Position numbers and translations under genes: made by a program
Source: Lobosporangium transversale
Lineage: Eukaryota
Direction of reading: 5' to 3'
Assembly (NCBI RefSeq): GCF_002105155.1
Contig: NW_019029000.1
Span: forward strand, 1 to 64,000
DNA: 64,000 bases
In this document: in pieces, positions 24,664 to 37,143 of the stretch
Position numbering within the stretch: the stretch's first letter is position 1
How the letters are laid out: every line of letters starts with the position of its first letter
Notes under the pieces: generated by a model
Told to the model about the DNA's origin: nothing
What the model saw: the letters and a program-made list of their open reading frames with translations, nothing else
The model's database searches: none

Positions 24664-26580
24664 TTTCGTATGCCCCTTGAAGAACGTAAGCAAAAATGCC
24701 TTTATGTTTTATATTTGATACTCATCAATTTACCCTTTTTACTTGTCCGAAGGTAGAATGACGCCTAGCCAATGGATGCTATTGCAAGTGTGTCCACAAG
24801 TCCTTGGAGAAGTTCATTGAGGAAACTCGGTTCCATCCAGGACAGATTTATTCCTAGCGCTCTTCACAAAAGTAGCAGAATTACTTGGTGGAGTTGGCTT
24901 TAATTGCCTTGACAAGCTCCTGCAAGATTGGTTCGACAATCTAATCGGGTCCTTTCGGAGCGGCATCAAAGCAACTCTATGTTTTTGGTTATTTTGACGA
25001 GACGCAGGATATGGAGAGGGGAGGCTAAATACCAGTGTATTAATAACGACAACACTAAGCGACCAATACTATCAGCATTCTTTCATGGATTGGAGAGTTT
25101 ATCAGAGGATTTACCACGAATTTGCATAGTTCCTTGCGGGATAGGCTTTTGTATTTATGATCTTGCTTGGGTTAAGAGAACTGGCAAAGCTTCAAGGAAT
25201 ATCGAGAAGTTCTCGATGACTCGAGATTCAAGAGTGCAGTACCGTTTCCTAGATGGGATAATCAAGCAAAATTCCGGACATACTTCAAGACACTTGTACG
25301 ATATTTGGAGAAATAAGTTTCTCAAGCTCTGCATCAAAGCTGAGAGGCCATTTTAATGATCAAGCAATCGAAATGCTATATGCTTGGTCCTATGGTCGTC
25401 TCCGTCCAATGATCACTATAATAGAGAACGTCATTGGGCGTGCCGATGCAGGCCTTTGGAAGCAAGAAATCAAGGGCCTGGTGTGGTCGCTCACTGATCC
25501 AGGATATAAAGAATCTGGTAACCTATGCCATGAGTAATCTAGGATTCTGAAGCGTATTAACAAAGGGGATGCAGCAATTAAAACCAGTGCCGACATCAGG
25601 GAAACCTTCGGTCGAGCCGTAAAGAATAGATTACTATATAGTAAAGACTTGATATTGGAGTACAATGAGCCTGTTCCGGTCGAGGCTTCGTTTGCTCGAA
25701 TTGTCGTTAATCAAAGGAAGAAGGAGTTTACGATTGTCGTTGAGCCAATAGCATTTAACTTATTTGAAGTGGATGACCCTGGATTGGTTAAATTGGTTAA
25801 TAGTGTGTTGCTAGACGCCCCTATGTCTGGCACAAAGGGCACACATTTTGAGTATTTCAGTCCCGCTTTGTTAACTTCAATCTTCCAGAATTATAACAAC
25901 GAACGAATTCTTGGATACTCACTGTAATAAAGACTCAATACATGAATTCAAGTTAATCTCGCTTTTTTTTGTTTCCAAAAGAGAACCCGTCTGGACCAGA
26001 TATCGTCTTTGTATTAGAATCGGAGGGTAAATACTATCCTGTTTCCGTACAGTCAAAAATCGGCGATAAGGTCAAGAATTAGGGATGCCCACAATACAAC
26101 TTGCCATAATTGCATCAAGGAACATCTCTCATCACCGTCCTCTCTACCCGGTTTTTGCTCGAATGACATATTCTTGTTCCTGTTGTTTAGGCCTTATTTA
26201 TCACATTGCCTTATCATGTTGTCTTATTATGTTGTCTTATCACGAACAGGGTGATTATTCAGTAGCTAAAGTCATAGAAGCCCCTGTCATCAAAGACAAA
26301 CGAATAGAAACGATGTGCTCAATATTAGCTTGTTGAACTTCCTTGAAAGTGCAAGGGAATCCCTCAGGAAGTCAGAATTGACTCGAGTTGTGGAGGATGA
26401 GGGAGAAGGAAGCAAGCCCAAAGAACCACGGGCAAGGAGCACATCAAAGAGAATTGTCGATAAAGCTCAAGCTATGGAAAATAAGAGAGAGCTGAGCAAA
26501 CCCAGCGGATCAAATAAAAGAAAAGGTGCATGCGGAGGACGACAAGCCAATAGGTCAGGCAGGGATTAGAGACCAAGGAA
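24664..26580 (+). pseudogene. Decayed second-family Crinkler-type gene (copy 2)
   Basis: Same disabled motifs as 17150-19070. Confidence 0.7.
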
Positions 26581-26718
26581 AAAGTGGCCATTGTTTATGA
26601 CAATGGCACAGACACATTTTGTAATATAACACTAATAGATAAATTAAATATCGCTATTCAACAAACCTGAGCAAGGAGAAGTGAACACACCAAGCTGATT
26701 GCCGCAGCTGCATTATCG

Positions 26719-27267
26719 GAATTTTCTTAAGTAAGTAGCAAGTTGTTTCTACTGTCTATTCCTATCTTTCTACCCATTGGTTTTGTGTTGGGGCCCGACA
26801 AGCCATTCCAGGTCACATCAGAGGAACATCCGATCAAGCAATCATCATTCAAGGAGATAATCGATAATAATACTGGATCCTGCTTGAAGAGAAACCGATC
26901 AAACTTCGGAGAAAAGTGACAATATCACATTCCTCTGTTTCATGGTCCCAGGCGGCATACACGTCAAGCTTAAGATTCAGAAGCTCGTTATCAACAATGG
27001 TCAGAATGTTAAAGCAACACCTAGATATTTAAAACATGCGGGACAGTATGTCATAAAAACTCACATCAATACCGCATATGCAGGAGGATCGCCGAGGTTC
27101 AAGCATGAAGAAAAGAGTCGAATGTCAATCAAGTGAAAGGAATTTTGTCTTGTAATGAAAATACCATATCTATTGAGTATTTTTTACAATCGTTCATCCT
27201 TTATGAACGAAGCCATCGCTATCCGCTTACCCTTTTGACAAACGGGATGGCGCTTTTTAATCGGTCC
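26719..27267 (+). pseudogene. Relic of CRN REase C-terminus and 3' UTR (copy 2)
   Basis: Duplicate of 19235-19783. Confidence 0.88.
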
Positions 27268-30200
27268 TACACACACACCCAAATCACTAGCCTCATTTTT
27301 ACCAATCATCTCTTGCCCCATCATCTGCATTGCCATCTATTAGTCTAACATTTTATTATTCTAACATTTGAATCTACTCAACAATTCTCGTTTCCATCTC
27401 TCTGACCTTATTAAGCACACTATCTTAATTAAAGGTAATTAATTGATTAATTAGAGCATGATGACTCTTTTTACGCGAAGTATACCATCCTTTTTTCTCA
27501 TTCCTCGTTCGTTCTCAATCAAATCAATATTCTAGTCTGGACTTAGAAAAAAAAAAAAAGCCATTTTCTGCGGCGAGAATGGCAGAAAAAAGAGAGCCTT
27601 TCCCGCAGTGTGTCCGACTTGGGAATTTTTTCAAATTTAAAAAAGAGACCTCCAGCCAAAATGTCAACTTTGGTCCCAGCCTGAGAGAGAAGTGTCCGCA
27701 AGAGCAAGCCAGATTTGCCTTTCAGTACATGCATGTGCACATGAACTTCGTCCTCAGGCTGGTGACGAGCCTAGAAAAATCATAGTTTATTAAAACGAGC
27801 CACGGTCGGCTCTTGCCTTGTTAGAAAATCTAATGCTTTACCTGAGCAATATTCAAGACTAAATACGTAACTCTGGTTGAAAAAAAACAGTAAACTATAA
27901 TTTTGCATAGACAGGAACAGTTGTTGCATACTTTACAAAAACCCCATCGCATAAAAGATTAAAGAAAATACTTGTGCTTATGGACACACATCTTGTATTA
28001 ATGGACGTACATCTTTTACTTTTTCTTAGATACATCTGCCAGGAAGCATTTACCTTGGATACACTCTGTCTATGTTACTCGTACACAGATGTAGCTATGC
28101 TTTTGATATGCTCTGATGAATACGATAAAAACTTCAATAAATACCCCATGGGTGTGGTATGTCGACCTACATCATATTCTCACTTATTCTACTCTCCATC
28201 TTCTTTTCTGCCAAAAACTTTTCACCAATGGATACATGGACAGTTCTGGCTCGGTATGTAGGAACCGGTTTTGAAACAGAAGTTGATTAAATCCTTGTCA
28301 TAGCAACAACAAAAGAAAAGTCTTTCTTCTTTTTTTATTAGAGAATGTATTCAGATGCCGCTCTTTGTTTTAAAAGCTCCGTACATTTGCGTTAAAGCAG
28401 AGACATTCGTTGACTCACAAGTACCGGCATCAATGGAGGAGGTAGGAGTGGCATTATTGATTGTACTTACTGCTTAGAGTGAAAGCTATTTAATCACTCT
28501 CTTCTTGCTGGGCGGTGAACTTGTGAGCGAGAGAGAGAGGGCAAATTTTTGATGTGTGCGTGAATTGCATACAGAAAGGCATGACTTACGAAATTACAAC
28601 AACAGAAGCGAGATAAAAAAAATATCGACGCGTTTGGGTCCCTTTCCTACGGATTTGCTATGGTCGTAGCGAAGGCGAGGATTGGTGTCTGCATGATTGT
28701 GGAGTGGCTACCAAAATGAAGTCTATTCATTTCTTTTGGAGGTTCATTTGGAAAATGCTTGTATTTTGGTTCCCATTTGATTCGAATTATCCAGGAAAAA
28801 AAAAAAAAAAAAAAAAAAAAAGAGTTTTACTTGCACAGTGAGATGCCTTATGCTTCTACATGTACAGAAAGCAAAGAAACTTCAACTGTTTGCTCAACGG
28901 TCCTTGTGCATGTTCGTGTCACTAATAAAAAAGGAAAAAATTTCTCGTCCCGTTCCTTGATTGCCAAGACGTATGAACCGCCAAATTTTTTAGACAACAG
29001 AAGTATATAATTGTTTGAGCGCGTTCTACTCTTGTTTGCTCGCATACTGTACACATGTTCGCACTCATTTATTGTGCACATTCCTGCAGCCCATAGATTG
29101 GGTGCCGTGCCTGTTGACTCAATCAACGGTTGGTTACTCATACAGCTCATTTATATTTGTGGGGTGGAATATTTATATACTGTGGCAAATACCCAATAAG
29201 AACCGGAGGAAGCGACATTGAGTTGAGGGTGCTATGAGTTATGTTACATTAAAGCTCTCTTTGTTTTAGAACAAGGCAGAATTACTACAAGGACAGGAAG
29301 TGGGAGTACAGGTAAATACTGAGAACGCTTCAAGTCGCCCTTATCAACCAAGCCGGGCCTCCTGTAGTAAGGAACAAATACCTTAGAGTATGCTTGTTAG
29401 AAGGGATAGGATGATCAATTTCCCTCTGTGGTTTATAGCGCGATTCTCAACTCCATTTTTACGGACCCTGTGGGCCTTGGGTCACAAATTTCCGATACCA
29501 TAAACACAGCAGCACGGTATTGCTCCCAGTTTAGATTACTATCATTTCTAACTCTCACAAGCACACTTCTCCTAATCAATTATGAAAGGATTTTCTAACT
29601 TCAAAGAACTTACACAATGTGGTACCAATGCAAACGCAAGTATATATCAATAATATTGCATACATATGGATATATAAAGGAACTACTAACAATATCTTAA
29701 TAGTCTCTTATGTAATGCCAGAAATATAATTCAGCAAACCCTAATAGCAAAAAAGAAAAGTGGGACATTGCCTCCAACTGCTCTGCTGAAGAAACAAATG
29801 AAAGTTGGTCGTTTATATGTCCATATTGTTAACTTCCCTAGCATTTCCTACAGACTTTGGACCCCATTACAGACGTAAGAAATTAATGATCCTATCGAGC
29901 GACAGCGGCAAGCAAGCATCAATGTAAGGTCAAGAAAGGAAGGCTCGTCTCTGCTGTAATTCCATGCATGCCCTACGTACGACTTGAGGCTGTAGTCGTC
30001 CCATGGGTACCCTGCAGCGCCATATAAGTAAAATCATTATGGAGCTTAAGGTACTCAAGCTGCCATTGATTCAGGATAGTTTAAAGAGCAGTTGAAGACA
30101 TCATCGAGTCATACCCGTATAAATGATGGAGGTCTTCTTTTCTCACGCCGTTTTCGTTTCTAGTAGTTAGTCACTTCAACATTCTACGCCTTCTTGGTTG

Positions 30201-31580
30201 CTGTATAATGGATCCATTAGCGCTTCCGCGAGCTAATTTCAGGCTTAGCTCAGTAAAATATCGATATTCTGACATTGTGACGAGTAGAAGTAACTCACAA
30301 AGTGATAGAATAACTATCATTGAAAATCATGAGTCAGTCACACACCATTCAAACCGTCTCCTTTAAGGGGCCGTGAATGTCCAGGCCGGTAAACCTCTCT
30401 TTCCCGGCAATACAAGATAGTCTAGCGCCGGTGAAAGATGAAATGTAATTCTTTCGGATTAAGCACCCATTGCATCACGAGAAAAGGTCCCCAGTAGACG
30501 GGCTTTTTCCTCTACCACTGTGTTACACAGGGATTCGTGTCGCGTTATTTTGAAGGTTGTTGGTTGATATTGATCATACATACAAATAAAATTCCTCAAC
30601 CTGACAAGCTTTATTTCCCCGCCAATCCGAATATCATCCACAATGAGCAGGTCCAAAGATCACCAGGGCATGGCCTCTTTGGCTAGTTCCAATAAACAAA
30701 CCTTCTTTTATGTTAAACTACAATAGGGCTTAGCTTTTTACGCGTGATTATCTTGTTATATTATGTAGAGCCAAATAAGCTTCATGTCGATCCTGCTTTG
30801 TTACATAATCAAAAGTTGAGTTATAGTTTATGCTGTGTCCATTTGTCCGTTTGATTGAGGGTGCACTGAAAGCTCTAGCCCTAACACTATAATTGTCTCT
30901 AGATTCACGACATGTTCTCGTCCTTTCATAGCTGACGTAGGACGCTAGCAATTGAATTCATCTATGTTCGCTACCTCTCGTTGACCTTTTTTTCTTTTTG
31001 AACTAGCATTGCATCACTGGATTTTTCATACCCGCTGCTATGGTATTAGCATGTGTGCCTCACTTAGAAAACACATTCGCTGGGCTTTTTTCCTTTCCCG
31101 ATATGCATACTGGCCGACCTTCTCTTACTTCCAAAATACCCAAGAGGCTATAGTTTGCCAGCTGTCTGAATAATCAACGCTTTTGTATGCTCTATAACCT
31201 TAGTAGCCTGAGATATTCTAGGCTCTAGAAAATAGACAATATTGAGATGGTCTACGGCAGCAGTATATGAGGACAATGGCTGTTAACACATTCGAAAGAT
31301 CTTCTTCACAGTAGTGACGTCTACTAACCCATTCTTAGATTCTATACCAAATGTTGTGCTTACTATTAAGCCTTTTAATTTATGTTTTCAAGGCTGGATA
31401 GCTTGTAGCGAATCTATGTGCAAGCCATTCTCAGATACTTCTATTAGAGATATGCATCGTTTCTGAACAAGGAAACACGCCAGCCTTCCTGCGTATAAAA
31501 AGGCTTCAATGACCCATTATTTATTTATCAAAAAGATCTTTAATCTTTGCACTCAAAAGGCAAAAAAAAAAAAAAAAAAA

Positions 31581-32117
31581 ATGCATCGCAGCAACGCATG
31601 GACATGCACACCTTTAGACTCCCTCAGGACCCGTCTTTCCACTGACCAAGTGGATACAATTAATGTTCAAGGAGTGGTTGTTAATGATGCTCGCCCGACC
31701 TTTAATGAAATCTATCAAGGTAATAGCCAGTATATCAGTGTCTCACGTCTCCTTAAAGTTTTTTTTTTTTTCCTCATAAAAATAATTGTATTGTTACTCG
31801 TGTTAGATTATGAACTAGAATTCACGATCAGAGACAAGGATACTGGTGTCGAAAAGGACGTTTGGCTCCTTTCTGGTCACCAGGGCTACTTGTTTGTCAT
31901 CAAGGCAGGTTGGACCGTCAGGATTACTCATGCATTCGTAAGACAAGGATCTATAATTTGACTTCGTTATCGGTTTACACACTCTTTTTTCTAATGTTTC
32001 TTGTTGTATACTTTTTTTTTTTTTTTTTTGCCAAAGTACATCGATGCTTCCCCGCTCCCGCCAGTGATCGCCGCAAGTGCCGCAAAGGGCTCACTTTGGA
32101 CCTTTTTCGTCTCATAA
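31581..32117 (+). CDS. Small putative single OB-fold protein C (116 aa), exons 31581-31719, 31807-31937, 32037-32117
   Basis: TINVQGVVVN...ELEFTIRDKDTG...VWLL...IKAGWTVRITHAF|YIDA. GT-AG introns; the second intron (gtaaga...aaag, phase 0, followed by Tyr) sits at the same aligned position as the intron of gene A. TATAAAA at ~31495. Confidence 0.72.
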
Positions 32118-33010
32118 AATAGACCTGACTCCCAAAGATCAGAGTAGTAAACACAACCTTATTAAAGTTTCCGCTACCACAACATAAAGTGCCCTCCGAT
32201 GAGTATTTGAGCATTATTATTTTAATTTAATCACGTCTGGCAAGCTTAATTTGCCACCTCCTTTGGCTGCTATAACAGCTTCAACCCTCTTGTTCCTTGA
32301 ACTAATGAACCATCTAAAATTACCGAACAACAAGTTACCTCATCCCTCTTGTAAAGCAGCAACCACTTCCTGATGGGAAGAGTTAGTTGGTCAAATAATT
32401 TTTTTTTAGATACCTTTCTTTTCACACCATGCAGCTGCTCGCTTGCCTGTGTGAACAGGCGCATTAACCTCCTTTGGAATGGAATGAACCACTTTGTTCA
32501 TTTGCCTTTTAAGTTTGACAAGGGTTATGGACGGGCCATGTTTTTTGTAATGATCATGTTCGTCATCAGCATATCGAAAGTATAGTTAGCTAATAGAGGG
32601 CCTTGCTTTGACATCCTTTCTCTCTCACTCCCATTTCGCATTTTTTTTTTTTTTTTTTTTTTTGGCTTTATAGACACCCTGATAAGCATCCCCATCGTGC
32701 TTTGGATCGTTTCTTTATCCTTTGGATAACTGTACTTCTGGTATTTAGCTCAATGAGATTTGACTTTACAACCATGAAAATGTCTCTCTGTATCTGTTTC
32801 TAATTCGATTTATTCACAAATAAAATATAGATCGCAAATAACACTACTTACAGAAGCGAGAAAATTAAGTAGTCGGGAAGTGGCAGAGAATAATAAAAGT
32901 TGGAAAAGTTGGAGAAAAATGAAAAAGTGGTCTATACACATTAAACAATATTCACAACAGGGTTGTGATAAATAAATGCTTTAAAAAAATTGAGCAAGCA
33001 TCAACATCAA

Positions 33011-36000
33011 TCACCATCTGCGCCGTCCACTGCCTCCATTTCCTCCTTCAAGGCTCGATCCTGATACTGATTTGGATCCACCGCCGTTACCATTGTTTCC
33101 ATTGTTATTGCTGCTATTATTGTTTCCACTCCCAAATGAGTTCCCTTTCCATCGCTCCACCATGAAGGCCACCTTCTGACCGTATTTAGATCCACGCAGG
33201 CTAACCATGTGTCGTTTGATTAGTGTTGCACAAGTCTCTCGATGATGCGGTGCCGCATTCGTTAGGATATACTGAATGATATAATTTCCATACTGGTCTG
33301 CTGCAATATCAATCAAGGGGATTCGTGGGTGGCCTTGGACACCGTTGCAAACAATTTGAATGTATTGATTCATGACTTCTTCCTGTGTTAATCGGATTGT
33401 TATCGAGCCGTGGACCGTGAGTGTTGGAGAAGGAGAAGTAGCGGCAGCAATACTCCCCACATCTTCATCGCTCTTCTCTTGGTTATCATTGTTATTGGTA
33501 CTGCTATCGGCATTGCCCCTGTCCAAACTGGCGCTATTAGTAGTAGCAGTCGTCATGGAAGCAGAAAGTTTAGATAGCGAACTAGCCCCAGCCATTCGGA
33601 GCATCTTCTCCACAACTTTGGACGCATATTGGTCCAATGACAAAGCCACTGCATCCTCCAAGATCCTTTGTGTCACCGTCGCGCGATCTTGAGGTATACC
33701 ATGTTCAAGGATATGCTGAATCACCCAGTTGCCCCACTGCCCTTTGGCAATAGTATTGACTGATTGAAGGATCTCGGTCAGAACAGGCCGCTAAACACCA
33801 AGATATACAAAAAACAAACAAACGAAAGTAACGAAAGGTTAATTTTGATATGGCCCACTTTTTGAACCGTTATTATTAGTGGAGGTGATTCATTTTTTCC
33901 CTTATCATCTTACCTTATCATGTTCGGCACAATTTTCAAAAATATTTTGAACTACCAAACTTCCAGTCTCATCTACAGCTACAGAGGCCCATCGCCCAGC
34001 CACTGCATTGTTCACATAAGTCATCGCTGCTGGTGGAGCATCTGTCCATCGGATTTCAAAGATCTTTTGCCAAACGTGGCATGCATACCGATGAACGATG
34101 GTCTCTCGTATCCTTCGGAACATTTCGGTCACAATCCGGGCTTTACAATCTTCCTCCACATAATCAAGTGCTTTCTGGACCACATGACACCCAAAAGCAT
34201 CACAGGCCAACGTCAAGATATTACCTCGCATTGCCTGTGCAAGCGCATCAATTTGCTGAGGCGTTCCAAACTCAAAACACCTTTGGATCAAGAAATTACC
34301 AAACCGATTCGACATCAATGCATATGCCTGATGCAAAATCACGTCAATGATTTGGACTTTTTGCTCTGGAGCCGAGGTCTTGAGCTTTTGTTGGAGATGA
34401 ATCGATGCCTGTTGGTCTGTTGCCTGGAGGATACGATCAACACATATCTATTTTCATAGCCAAAAATAATAGCAATCATAAAAACAAAAATCAAAACATT
34501 ACCTATTCAAAGCAAATCAGGAAAAAAAAAAAAAAAAAAAAAATTCTTTTACCTGGTAGTCCAGGTGCACAGACTTATCACTTTGGCGTCGGTAACCGTT
34601 TCGATGGGGTGGTAAGCCTTGGTGTTGCTGTGCTGAAGACTGCTGTTGATGCTGGTATTGATATTGGTGCTGCTGTTGCTGTTGGTTGATAAAGTTAGGA
34701 TCGTATCCACCGCCACCATGACCTATATTAGCATGCTGATATGATCCTGGCGAATGCACGTTACTATCGTATCCGTAACCTATGGCAAGCTAATGAAGGG
34801 AGGTTGATAACTATATGTATAAGCATTACACATCTTAAAAAGACACTTGCAAAAAAAAAAAAAAAAAAAAAAAAGAAATAGAGAGGACGTACATCGTCAA
34901 CCCATGATTGAGAATGGCTCAAGCCACTGGGCGCATTCCATGGGTATGGCGATGGCTGCTCAAGCACTGGTGAATCATAAGCGCTTTCTGTCCCTCCACC
35001 ACCGCGGACTGAGGACGTAGTTGAGAAAGTGCCAGAGCTACGATGATTCAATGAGGGAAAGCCCACCCCACTTTGAGGGTTAAATCCATGTGAAGAGGAG
35101 GAAGATCCAAGGCCTCTTCCCGCCCCAACGCCGCTATTGAATGAGTCCTGTGCTGTAAGCTCTGTTGTAGGAGAATCAATCATATCCATCAATCCATGAT
35201 ACTGTTGTCGCTGCTGGTGCTGCTGTTGATAATATGGTTGACTATTTTGAGATACAGTTATAGAGGAGTTAACCTTAAGACCAAGGCTCTGCAGATGTGA
35301 CTGAGACTGGATGCTAGTGACCGAATTGGAACGCGACGACAGCGAAAGAGGATGAATGGATGAATCACTAGCAGAGACGGGAACAGCATTTTGATCATAC
35401 ATCTCATAAAGATCATCGCTGAAGGTGCTGTTGCTACCGTTCATATAATCATTGAAAGACGACATGGGAGCAGGCGATGGCAGTGATGATCCTACTGAGC
35501 CTGTGATCTGTCCAATAAGAAGATGATGGCTTGCTGTTTTGATATTTGCGAGCCGAGCTGCTTTGGTCCCTATTGCCGTCGAAGATGATGATGAAGATAA
35601 TGACGGGATTATGTCGAATCCAGTGGCTATATTAGTTGATTGTATCGATTTGTGTTCCTGTTGTTTCGTCAACTCTTCAATCTCTCGATCGCGTTGACGG
35701 AGCTTGCGTCTATCCTCTTCGGCTTCAAGCAACATCTTGGTTACCATTTCCTTCAGTTGGTCAATCTCTGCAGATTGACGCAAGCAAGTTCGCTGAAGTG
35801 TCTCCACATCAAGCTGGTGAAGCATATCCTTACTGCTACCACTGCCGCCATTAATTTTTGCAGTGGATATGGCGCTGATAGCGTTCGACCCTTCTTGGCT
35901 CTTGTTGACACTGTCTTTAGACATCAACTAATAAAGCAAAAGTAAAAGAGATGCCGCTTTTTATTTGTTAGTATGGCAATAAGCATTTATTGAGGACAAT

Positions 36001-37143
36001 AATAATGGCAATGAGGAATAACAAAAAAAAAGGGGGGGGACTCTATGATTCCGAATCCTCCTAACCATTGGGATGGACAGGAAACATTTCCCAATAAGCC
36101 TATGTGTTTCCACTCCCATTAAAGGGGGACATCAATAAAATATTGAAAATCTATGCCTTAGGTGCCATCCGTACCTCATTGCTGTTGTTCTTGGCTCGCT
36201 TACGGATTAGGAATTGGCGGATCGCACGCTGAATGACTACAACTGCTTCGAGCGAATTTGCAGTCAGGCTGACATGGATAGTATCTGATTCTGATGACAT
36301 AGTTTGCTCAGCCTGCAACTGCACTTGAATAGGACAAGTACCAGTAGTGGCGGTCTTTGTGGAAGCAGATGTAGAGCTATTCTCCTTTCCATATCGAACT
36401 GTACTACCGTCGACATCACAGAATGGATTATGATGAAGGAGGCGATCCTCACGGGAGTTTCTCCAGAATGAACCCGCGTTATTGCTTCTATCATTATTAT
36501 TGACAGCTACAGTACTGCTAGCTCCAAAGGCTGAGAACTCTTCAACACAAGACTGAGTATGAAGTCTTTTTGTTGCAACAGTAGCAGTATTAGTTACAGC
36601 AGCTGGAACAGCATGAGACAAAGCATCTAGCTCAGGTGACCTCAACTCTGGAAACTGCTCAGCAAAGGATGATCTTCTCTCCCCGAACGCGCTAGCACTA
36701 GGCAAACGTGAAATTCGTGGAAATGATTGCTGTTGGTGTTGATGTTGCTGCGGTGTTTCCTGCCACTGAGTATGAGTAGAATTGCGTGCTGCAGAGTTAG
36801 ACTCCAAAGCAGGAGCTGCAGAAGTCAACGCAGATACAGAGGAAAGTTTAGCATCGCTGCATGCGCTGCTACTATCGTTGCTGTTATCTTTTTCCAGTTT
36901 GGTTTGAAGAAGAGTATGTTTCAATGGACTGCCCAAGTTAGAGGTAGTAATAGGCTCATTGTCCTCAGAAAGTTGAAGGCATTGAATGAGCTGGAGAGAA
37001 TCCGCAGTGCTAGTAGAATTGGTGGTAGATGTGGTCGTAGAGGGATTGGGAGCGGAAGGCGATTGCTTAGATATGTTCAGTAAGAGTGGCCCAATGCTAT
37101 TCTGAGCATTTGCAAGGCGCTCCTTGTATCCGTTTCCCAGCAT
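33011..37143 (-). CDS. Pumilio/PUF RNA-binding protein (fungal Mpf1-like), exons 37143-36175, 35927-34893, 34789-34553, 34447-33914, 33790-33011
   Basis: Eight PUF repeats (DQQASIHLQ, NRFGNFLIQ, DAFGCHVVQ, HRYACHVWQ, DETGSLVVQ, GQWGNWVIQ, DQYASKVVE, DQYGNYIIQ) plus terminal GSKYGQKV; all junctions are phase-0 GT-AG. Whether the first exon belongs to this gene is less certain. Confidence 0.9.

Larger units (their letters stand above)
24358..27774 (+). repeat. 3.4 kb direct repeat, copy 2
   Basis: Near-identical to 16843-20289; differs by scattered substitutions, a ~29 bp deletion near 26588 and single-base indels. Confidence 0.97.

Noticed and set aside
16843..27774. Direct repeats as LTRs of a retrotransposon
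   Set aside because: No TG...CA ends, target duplication, PBS/PPT or gag/pol; the repeats consist of CRN pseudogene fragments.
28228..28477. Possible two-exon microgene MDTWTVLAR|ECIQMPLF...
   Set aside because: Splice signals are plausible but the product is ~53 aa with no similarity to the OB-like family or anything recognised.
30459..30656. Minus-strand ORF with DIRIGGEIKLVRLRN, vaguely OB-like
   Set aside because: Non-ATG start, upstream stop, opposite strand to the family, and similarity too weak to distinguish from chance.
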